Part shown: positions 27,307 to 34,135 of the stretch, in pieces
Numbering within the stretch: position 1 is the first letter of the stretch
Layout: every line of letters starts with the position of its first letter
Source of the DNA: Candidatus Sericytochromatia bacterium
GTDB taxonomy: Bacteria; Cyanobacteriota; Sericytochromatia; S15B-MN24; UBA4093
DNA: 34,135 bases
Assembly: GCA_036676985.1 (NCBI GenBank)
Contig: JAKFBU010000018.1
Location: forward strand, 1-34,135
Direction: 5' to 3'
The notes under the pieces: model-generated
Told to the model about the DNA's origin: nothing
Databases searched by the model: none
What the model saw: only the letters and a program-made list of their open reading frames with translations
Translations under genes and position numbers: made by a program

Positions 27307-27780
27307 CTACGGGTGTCCGTAGATCATGTTTTGGATGGTCGCGCGCAATCCCTCGATTTTCGCCCGGTTCATGCGGCCCTCGAAGGCGCATCCCCCGAAG
27401 AGGTATCGTTCCGTGCCGTCTTTGAGCACCAGCGTGAGGTCGTAATAGACGCTGCCATTGCTTGCGCTGCCCTGACGAGTCAGTCCGATGCGTTCGACCT
27501 CGGAGAAGGGCGTTTCCTCGAGGCGGGTGCCCCAGCGGCGCCGGATTTCCAGGCGAACGCGACGGCGCTCGGGAGAGACCGTCACGACTCTCGATTCACC
27601 CATGAGGAGTGACAGGAGGGAAAGTCCCAGTATCAGCAGTCCCAGCAAGAAGCCGGCACTCGCGTTGCGATCCGGGACGCCGGCACAGACCTTCGCCAAC
27701 CAGGCGCCAGCGGCCATCCCGGCAAGCCCCAAGACGACTCCTGCCGTCTTATTGCTTTTGAGTACCAGGTCCTGGTTCAT
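27307..27780 (-). CDS. Hypothetical membrane protein (2 TM plus PH-like beta domain)
   Basis: ATG at 27780 after AAGGTGG; two hydrophobic helices, then a beta-rich region ('PFSEVERIGL'). Confidence 0.75.
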   Translation of the reverse strand: MNQDLVLKSNKTAGVVLGLAGMAAGAWLAKVCAGVPDRNASAGFLLGLLILGLSLLSLLMGESRVVTVSPERRRVRLEIRRRWGTRLEETPFSEVERIGLTRQGSASNGSVYYDLTLVLKDGTERYLFGGCAFEGRMNRAKIEGLRATIQNMIYGHP

Positions 27781-27932
27781 GCCTGCCACCTTTCACGTCC
27801 TTGCCACGCTCTTCGCGCCTGAGCAGCTTGTACCCACCGTCCGAACGATTCAAAAAACGACGGCCAGCAGGGCTTCAACCTGTTGGCCGTCGCTTCGATT
27901 CGCGGTTGCGGCGCCCGGAGGCGCGCCAGCCC

Positions 27933-28478
27933 CTATGGCTCGAGGTGCAGCACGAACGCGTCGGGGTGGTGGAAGTCCGCCTCGGCTCCTGGATGGGCCA
28001 GGGCCCAGTAGCTGATCCGACCAGCCGGTTCGGCCACCACCATGGCGATCGCGAGGCTCCAGGGCGCCGCGGCCAGCCCCAGGCCCGTCAGGTCGATGGT
28101 CGCCGTGGCCGTACAGGTCCCCGGCCGCTTCGACACGTCGAACGGTAGGGCCTGGAAGGCCGCCTCGTCCCTCATGCCGGCCCGGTAGGCGTCGAAGCGA
28201 AAGACGTTCCAGTGGCCGGACGGAGCCAGGTTGAACTCCCAGTATCCCGGGGCTTCCGGACTGGTGAGGAAGAATTCGAAGCAGGTCTCCTCCCAGAGCT
28301 CGCGCCGTCGCTCGGGGCGATTGGCGGCCGGGGCCAGGGCGATCGCACCCTCCGGGCTCTCGAGCCGCCACTCCAGGTTCAGCATGGCGCCCGACCGCCG
28401 GGCCTCGCCCGAGATCCGCACCCCCTCCGGGGCGGGCATGCCGGGAAAGGGCGCGAGCTCGAACGTCGTCCCGCTCAT
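27933..28478 (-). CDS. DOMON-like domain protein
   Basis: ELWEETCFEFF, YWEFNLAPSGHWNVFRFDAYR and YWALAHPGAEADFH; ATGA overlap with the upstream kinase. Confidence 0.85.
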   Translation of the reverse strand: MSGTTFELAPFPGMPAPEGVRISGEARRSGAMLNLEWRLESPEGAIALAPAANRPERRRELWEETCFEFFLTSPEAPGYWEFNLAPSGHWNVFRFDAYRAGMRDEAAFQALPFDVSKRPGTCTATATIDLTGLGLAAAPWSLAIAMVVAEPAGRISYWALAHPGAEADFHHPDAFVLHLEP

Positions 28479-29587
28479 CGCAGGGCCTGCACGATGGCGC
28501 GCAGCTCGTCGAAGCGCTCGTCGATGCTCTGGGCGAGCCTGAACTGGACGAGGGCACGGGCCAGGTTCTGGCCGCGGCGGGAGACCTTGAAGTAGGTGTC
28601 GCCCGCGAGGTGATCGGTGAAGAAGCGCAGGCCGAGCTCGAAGGCGATGAGCCGGGCCGACTCGGGGACATAGTCGAAGTCCGCCGGGTCGAAGAAGCCC
28701 CGCGCCACCTCCAGGTAGCCTTCCAGCACGGCCTTGCCGAGGACCGGGTCGAACTGCACCGCTTGCCAGTTTTCCGTCTCCTCACCGGCCGGATTGCAGG
28801 ACGAGCGCAGGCAGTCCCCGATGTCGTACTGCACCAGACCGGGCTTGATGGTATCCAGGTCGACCATGGCGATCGCCTGACCCGTCACCTCGTCGAACAG
28901 GATGTTGTTGACCTTGGGATCCCCGTGGATCGGCCGCAACCGCAGGATACCGCGCTCGCGGGCCGCTTCGAGGACCGGCACCCAGTCCCGGTGCTCCTGG
29001 ATGAAGCGGGTACACCACGCTTCTTCGGGCGACGGCGTGGTGCCGGCGGTCGGGGCGACGTCATCGTAGTGGGCCAGGTACCCCGGGGTGATGTGAAAGC
29101 CCGGCAGGGTGTCCGCCAGATCCTCGGTGGGAAGGTCGCTGAGCAGGGAATGGAAGGTTCCCAGGGCGAAGCCGACCTCTCGGGCGAGCGTGGGATCCTG
29201 GATCGTGTCGACCGTCCGCGAGTGGCCGATGAAGCTCAGGGCCCGCCAGTAGGAGCCGTCGGCGCCCCGAACGTGGTCCGCACCGTCCTTCGTCAGCAAG
29301 ACGTGGGGCACTTCCCAGCGACGACCGGACGGGAGTTTCTCGCTCCGTCGCTCGAGATGGCCGGAGATCGAGCGGATGTTTCGCATGACCAGGTCGGGCT
29401 GCTGGAACACCCGGGTGTTGAGGCGCTGCAAGAGGAAGGGGGCCTGGGTTCCGCCCGCGGGCGTGACCCGGTAGGTCTTGTTGATGTTCCCGCTGCCGTA
29501 CTCCCGGATATCCGCGTTCGGCGAAGCGGACAGGAACTGGGCGGCGACTTCTTGTAGCTGGAGGGTCTCGGTGGCGTCTACGGACAT
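28475..29587 (-). CDS. APH-superfamily phosphotransferase, N-acetylhexosamine 1-kinase (NahK)-like
   Basis: GSGNINKTY, LLQRLN, HGDPKVNN, VDLDTIKPG, DIGDCLRS and LRFFTDHL.GD.YFK. Confidence 0.88.
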   Translation of the reverse strand: MSVDATETLQLQEVAAQFLSASPNADIREYGSGNINKTYRVTPAGGTQAPFLLQRLNTRVFQQPDLVMRNIRSISGHLERRSEKLPSGRRWEVPHVLLTKDGADHVRGADGSYWRALSFIGHSRTVDTIQDPTLAREVGFALGTFHSLLSDLPTEDLADTLPGFHITPGYLAHYDDVAPTAGTTPSPEEAWCTRFIQEHRDWVPVLEAARERGILRLRPIHGDPKVNNILFDEVTGQAIAMVDLDTIKPGLVQYDIGDCLRSSCNPAGEETENWQAVQFDPVLGKAVLEGYLEVARGFFDPADFDYVPESARLIAFELGLRFFTDHLAGDTYFKVSRRGQNLARALVQFRLAQSIDERFDELRAIVQALR

Positions 29588-29682
29588 GGGGCGATTCCTT
29601 TCACCGGCCGGTCTTGGCTGCCGTTAGCCTACCATGTCACGGCCGGCGTTTCGATAGCGCCGCAACAGCAGGCTTACGGTCA

Positions 29683-30426
29683 TCAGGTCGACAGTCTGCC
29701 CCGGGTGACTTCCAGGCGTTGCCCAAACTCGACCGGGACCGCGTGTGCGTCTGTCAGTCCCGCCTCCTTCAGCAAACCAACGAGGAGCGGCCGGTGATCG
29801 TGGAGGAGTCCGAGCTGGGTCGCATGGTCCTCTTTGTGAGCGTGGTCGTGCGCGAGACCATGCCCGTGACGCTGCGGGTGGGCATGCCCGTGACCGTGAG
29901 GTTGGTCGTGGCCGCCGTGGTGCGCCTGGTGACGATTGTTTCCTGCTTGATCCAAGGACTGAAAGTCGATGACGAAGACCCGCCCTCCCGGCTTCAACAC
30001 GCGCCGGATTTCGCGGACGGCTCGCGCGAGCACCTCGGGTGCCAGGTGATGCATGACGAGGCTGCTGACGATGACGTCCACCGTGGCGTCCGCAAAGGGT
30101 AGTTGCTCGATCGACGCGACCCGGTAGTCGATGGGGAGACCAGCGCGCTTGGCCTTGCGCCGGGCCCCGGAGATCAGATCGTTCGAGAGGTCGATGCCGG
30201 CGACCCGTCCGGTCGGTCCAACCCGCCGGGCCAATGCCATCGCCAACTCCCCGGTGCCACACCCGAGGTCAAGCACCGCCTCACCAGGAGCCACCTCGAT
30301 CAGGTCGGCCGTGAACTCGCGGAACGCGCGTGCCCTACCGCCTATCCAGCGGTTGAGGGAGACCTCATATCGCCAGGGAGCGAGCGCACCTCGGATCGAG
30401 GACGCCTTGACCGTTCTTCCTGTCAC
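29683..30426 (-). CDS. Class I SAM-dependent methyltransferase with a His-rich insert
   Basis: GTG at 30426, 7 nt after AAGGAG; VLDLGCGTG, LPFADATVD and RVLKPGGR. Confidence 0.88.
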   Translation of the reverse strand: MTGRTVKASSIRGALAPWRYEVSLNRWIGGRARAFREFTADLIEVAPGEAVLDLGCGTGELAMALARRVGPTGRVAGIDLSNDLISGARRKAKRAGLPIDYRVASIEQLPFADATVDVIVSSLVMHHLAPEVLARAVREIRRVLKPGGRVFVIDFQSLDQAGNNRHQAHHGGHDQPHGHGHAHPQRHGHGLAHDHAHKEDHATQLGLLHDHRPLLVGLLKEAGLTDAHAVPVEFGQRLEVTRGRLST

Positions 30427-30529
30427 CGTGCTACTCCTTGTCCACTGCGTCACCCCGCGAGCGTGCGGAAGGCGCCTGAGCGTTGATCGGTTTGAGCGAA
30501 GGTCGGAGAATCATCCGACGAGTGGGAGA

Positions 30530-30982
30530 TCAGCCATGCTCGACCGCTTCCTGATGGCGGTGCGGCGCCCGCCGGTATACTTCGGTCGATAGGTCGGCGA
30601 GCGTCACTCGGCTGAACTGCTCCAACACCAGCGCTTCCGCCTCTCGGAGCGACTGATTGATGGTCTGGTTGACGACCTGTTCGACGAGACAGGTTGGCTC
30701 GTCGTTGCGGTGGCCCAGCCCGAGCATGGCGGGCTCGCCAAGGGCCTTGTAGACGTCGCCCAGCGTGATGTCGCCAAGGTCGCAGGCAAGGGTCCAGCCG
30801 CCGCCATGACCCTTCACCGAGTGTATCCAGCCGGCTTCGCGCAGGCCGGACAACGTCCGGCGGACGACGACCGAGTTGGTTTGCAGGGCGGCGCCCATCT
30901 CCTCAGAGGTCATCGGACGCTGCTTGTGCGCCAGATGCAGCAGGAGATGGAGGACCATCGACAGGCGGCTGTCTCTTTTCAT
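30530..30982 (-). CDS. Rrf2-family transcriptional regulator
   Basis: DSRLSMVLHLLLH, TNSVVVRR, KGHGGGW, ITLGDVY and PTCLVEQ. Confidence 0.93.
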   Translation of the reverse strand: MKRDSRLSMVLHLLLHLAHKQRPMTSEEMGAALQTNSVVVRRTLSGLREAGWIHSVKGHGGGWTLACDLGDITLGDVYKALGEPAMLGLGHRNDEPTCLVEQVVNQTINQSLREAEALVLEQFSRVTLADLSTEVYRRAPHRHQEAVEHG

Positions 30983-31019
30983 GTAACTTATACTATTACG
31001 TGATTCCGCTCGGTGTCAA
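30980..31019 (-). promoter_or_regulatory. Promoter (probably leaderless) with an Rrf2 operator
   Basis: TTGACA (31014-31019)-N18-TAGTAT (30990-30995)-7 nt-ATG. Palindrome CATGTAAC-N7-ATTACGTG at 30980-31002. Confidence 0.75.
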
Positions 31020-31146
31020 CCCGCATGGTCAGGCGCCGCGTTGTGGCGAGCGGATTTGATGAAGGTCGTGCCCTTGATATCACGGCGTGGTTGCGGGGAA
31101 TAGCATGGCAGGCAAGGGCTCCTTGGCTGCCTGGGGAAACTTGACG

Positions 31147-33639
31147 ATGCGGTTGCAATTCCGATGGCTCCCGGTACTTGCGCTCGGCGTGAGCATGTGC
31201 GGCTGTACGGCCCCCCTGACGGGGCTTGGAGCCTTGACCCACAGCGGCACGGCGCCCCAGCAAGCAGGAGAGATCGTCTCCAACAATTCGGGCAACCTGG
31301 TGCCGGCCATCGGCAGCGGCCTGATTTCCAACAACTCAGGCAGCCTGAGCGGCGTGGTCCGGGGCTCGGCCGGGATCGTCTCGAACAACTCGGGCAACTA
31401 CCGCATCACGTCCAATGACGACGTCCCCCTGTCGGGCATCCGGGTCCGCCTGCTGAACGCGGCGGGCCAGCCCCTCATGGATGTGAGCGGCCATGCGATC
31501 GACACGATCACGGACGCCCAGGGTGCCTACCGCTTTGGCGGCGTGGTGCCGGCGCGCAACCTCCTGGTCGCCGTCGACTTGCCGGCGGACAAGGGGAGGC
31601 TTCTGGCGATCGCCCCCAAGGACGGCCCCACGCAGCGCGTGGCGGATCTCTCGCTCGTGAGCTCTCTGACCACGGGCTACATCGTCGATCAGTACGTCAA
31701 CGGCCAGCCCGATCCGCAAACGACCCTCGACAAGCTGCCTCCGAGCGTCGAGACGGACCTCCGGGCGAAGGCCCGGACGGCGTTGACGTCCCAGGCGGCG
31801 AGCATCACGTCGCTTTCGACCGAGGAGGTCGTCCGGACGGTCAACACCCTGCGCGAGCATGACCACGCCTTCGACACCTTGCTGGAAGACGTCCGTCGGC
31901 TCCTCATCGCGGCCGGTCAGTCGGATCTGGGCGACGGTTTGCCGGGCACGCGCGTGATGCTCTTCGACCTGCGCGATCTGGCTTGCCGATCGGACGGCAC
32001 CCTGCTCGTCTGCTCCAACGAGGACGGGCGGGTCTACCGCCTGGCGGCCGATGGCCGCTTGATCAAGGTGGCGGGGACGGGGTCGACCGAAACCGGGAGC
32101 CTGGATGGAAAGGCCGCGCTCGACGCAGGCTTCGGCCGCATCGCCGCCATGACCCTCGACGAGCAAGGCGACCTCCTGATCCTCGAGAACGACTACCTCA
32201 CCTCGCGCCTGTCTCGCGTGGACGCGGGCGGCCGGGTGCATGCCGTCGACCTGGGCGGCCGCGTGATGTCCTCCGTCGCGGCCGGTCCGGGGCAGCTGAT
32301 CTACGGCTTCGACCACCAGCAGGTCTGGTCGATCTCGCCCACGGGTGCGGTTCAATCCGTCTTCACCGTCCCCGATCTGCCGCTCCAGGACCTGAGTTTG
32401 AAGGGCCGGGACGGCGACGGAAACCTCTACTTCCACGCCTTGATGGATGGCGAGACCGGTCGCCAGGAGGTCTATCGCTTGAACCTCCAGACGGGCTCCT
32501 TCCAGCGCATGGAGCTTGCAGGGCGCGGAGACGTGAACGGCACCCTCTGCATCGACGGCCGCGGGAACGTCTTTCTCGGCGGCGAAGGGGGGACGGACAA
32601 CTTCCTGGCCGTCTACAGCCCGGGCCAGCCTCAGCGGCTCATCCCCAACGACATCGACGGCTATCCCATCAAGGCGGCCGCGGCCACGGTCGACGGGCGG
32701 ACCTACGTGGCCCTCTCCAACCTCGACAACCCCGTTTACCGGATCGCCGACGGCAAGGCCACGCACGTGGCGGGTTACACGAGCGTCGGCGTCACGGGCG
32801 ACGTCCTGGGCGACGCCAACTCGCTCGCGCTCGGGATGGTCAGCGGCATGGCGGTCTCGGGCTCGGGCGACCTGTACGTCGCGCAGTCCAACGGCAACTA
32901 CTCCGAACCCTCGCGCATCTTGCGCGTCACCCTGGGCCGTCAGGCCTCCGTCCACGCGGCCTCGACCACCTGGGACATGGGCGTGCTGGCGTTCGGGCCG
33001 GATCAAGCCCTCTACTTCCGGGACAACGGGAAGACGGAGGTGCAAGACGGCGACCTGGCGATCGTCTACCGGATCCACAAGCTCGCTGCGGATGGGACGG
33101 ATCAGGTGGTGGTGCAACCGGATGCCGGTTTCACCGGCAATTGGGACATCGACGACTTCACGATCGGTGCGGACGGCACGATCATGGCGTGCGTCAATGG
33201 CCAGATCCGGCGCTACTCGTCCGATGGCACGCTGCTGTCGACCGTTTGGACCGGAGGACAGCCCATGCCGCTGGCGCTCGACGCCCAGGGCGTCCTCTGG
33301 TTCGTGTCCGGAGAAACCCTGCGCAAGTGGACCTCCGGCGCGGGCGTGCAGACGGTCTTTAACGATGCGCGGCTGGCCTCGGGGACGTCGTTGGTACTGG
33401 ACGGCGCGGGGCGCGCCTACCTCTCCCGGCGCGAGGCGAACGAGGTTCTCGGCGTGACTCTCGCCACCGGCCAGATCGAGACCATCGCGGGTCCAGGCGG
33501 GCGACACTTCGCGGGCCGCGGCGTGGACGACAGCCTCAAGTCGCCCGGTTTCCTGGCGATCGACCCGGAAGGGACGCTCCTCATCTCGGACTACGGGCAC
33601 CGCCAGATCAAGCGCATCGCCGCCTCCGGCCTGCGCTGA
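31147..33639 (+). CDS. Large putative lipoprotein with SNNSG repeats and NHL-like beta-propeller domains
   Basis: Signal peptide ending GVSMCGC; carboxypeptidase-regulatory-like 'TDAQGAYRF'; NHL-type blades such as 'LKSPGFLAIDPEGTLLISDYGHRQIKRI'. Confidence 0.8.
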   Translation: MRLQFRWLPVLALGVSMCGCTAPLTGLGALTHSGTAPQQAGEIVSNNSGNLVPAIGSGLISNNSGSLSGVVRGSAGIVSNNSGNYRITSNDDVPLSGIRVRLLNAAGQPLMDVSGHAIDTITDAQGAYRFGGVVPARNLLVAVDLPADKGRLLAIAPKDGPTQRVADLSLVSSLTTGYIVDQYVNGQPDPQTTLDKLPPSVETDLRAKARTALTSQAASITSLSTEEVVRTVNTLREHDHAFDTLLEDVRRLLIAAGQSDLGDGLPGTRVMLFDLRDLACRSDGTLLVCSNEDGRVYRLAADGRLIKVAGTGSTETGSLDGKAALDAGFGRIAAMTLDEQGDLLILENDYLTSRLSRVDAGGRVHAVDLGGRVMSSVAAGPGQLIYGFDHQQVWSISPTGAVQSVFTVPDLPLQDLSLKGRDGDGNLYFHALMDGETGRQEVYRLNLQTGSFQRMELAGRGDVNGTLCIDGRGNVFLGGEGGTDNFLAVYSPGQPQRLIPNDIDGYPIKAAAATVDGRTYVALSNLDNPVYRIADGKATHVAGYTSVGVTGDVLGDANSLALGMVSGMAVSGSGDLYVAQSNGNYSEPSRILRVTLGRQASVHAASTTWDMGVLAFGPDQALYFRDNGKTEVQDGDLAIVYRIHKLAADGTDQVVVQPDAGFTGNWDIDDFTIGADGTIMACVNGQIRRYSSDGTLLSTVWTGGQPMPLALDAQGVLWFVSGETLRKWTSGAGVQTVFNDARLASGTSLVLDGAGRAYLSRREANEVLGVTLATGQIETIAGPGGRHFAGRGVDDSLKSPGFLAIDPEGTLLISDYGHRQIKRIAASGLR
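31273..31398 (+). repeat. Three (I/L)(V/I)SNNSG peptide repeats
   Basis: IVSNNSGNL (31273), LISNNSGSL (31321) and IVSNNSGNY (31375). Confidence 0.9.
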
Positions 33640-34015
33640 CCGCCACCCGGCGGGGCGCAAGGCGAGATCCGGGTCGCCGGCCGGTCGGGCTTCTCCCGGC
33701 CGGCGGACGTCCCGGGGATGCCGTTGAGCAATCCCGGGCAGCCGACCAGCGGGCTGGATAGTCCCTTGACGAGCATCCCCAGGGCATTTTGCGAACGGTT
33801 CACCGCTTCTCCCATGGGTGCGGGCACGAACAGCCAGGGTATCTTCCGTCTTGCCGGAACAACAGGCGATCAGCCTCGAATCAAACGGCTGCTTTGAGCC
33901 CCCTTGGACCAGATGAGGGTGGCACCGAGCCCGTCATTAGGAGCCAAAGGGAGCATTTCGAGCCGTAGGGGAGCGACAGAGGGCCCCGTTTCTCGGGGTT
34001 CGCCACCGCGGGCCC

Positions 34016-34057
34016 AAAAACACCAATCCCCGCCGAGCTTTCGCCTGGCGGGGGTTG
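34016..34057 (-). terminator. Intrinsic terminator for a minus-strand unit entering from the right edge
   Basis: Minus strand reads CAACCCCCGCCAGGC-GAAA-GCTCGGCGGGGATTG followed by GTGTTTTT. Confidence 0.65.
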
Positions 34058-34135
34058 CTGCTTCGCGCGCGGTCCGACGTCAATCCATCGGCGGGCAATG
34101 CCCCGGAGAGTGCCCTCTCCTCGCAGCGCGTCGCG

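Noticed and set aside
30511-30537. 8-aa ORF MADLPLVG overlapping the Rrf2 stop codon
   Set aside because: Too short to support. It could be the remnant start of a lost gene, but there is no further evidence.
33640-34135. ncRNA, riboswitch or small ORF (33591-33827) in the right-hand intergenic region
   Set aside because: There are several GC hairpins but no recognisable RNA family consensus, and the ORF lacks an RBS and motifs. An Rfam/Infernal scan would settle it.
1-34135. CRISPR arrays, tRNA/rRNA genes, IS elements or prophage
   Set aside because: I saw no regularly spaced repeats, cloverleaf signatures, transposase or integrase motifs, or phage genes by eye.

Overview
A GC-rich bacterial chromosomal window of about 30 genes. 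I saw no rRNA, tRNA, CRISPR array or recognisable mobile element. The I(V)SNNSG-repeat lipoprotein and the expanded 'FLEDE.GGP' histidine kinases remind me of Candidatus Sericytochromatia-type genomes; this is unverified inference. Left to right: SCP2 protein, SWIM-SNF2 helicase, an EF-hand/EEP fusion, a DUF485-actP acetate uptake pair, a sugar-binding protein coupled to a histidine kinase, a SifR/YwnA-type Rrf2 with qorB, an MHYT-PAS kinase, three tandem twin-CX6C lipoprotein paralogues (one with an in-frame TGA), a nitronate monooxygenase with an internal deletion, a DUF4142 lipoprotein, a soluble PAS kinase, TetR plus a secreted MBL hydrolase, truC, a nitric-oxide-reductase cluster, a NahK-like kinase with a DOMON protein, a second Rrf2 with a His-rich methyltransferase, and a beta-propeller lipoprotein. 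The best candidate for an undescribed system is the NOR cluster (23036-27233): di-haem NorC, NorB, two micro membrane proteins missing from the ORF track, a CcoG/NapH-like polyferredoxin and a Cys-rich peptide, with no norQ/norD. All functional calls come from motif reading, not database searches.
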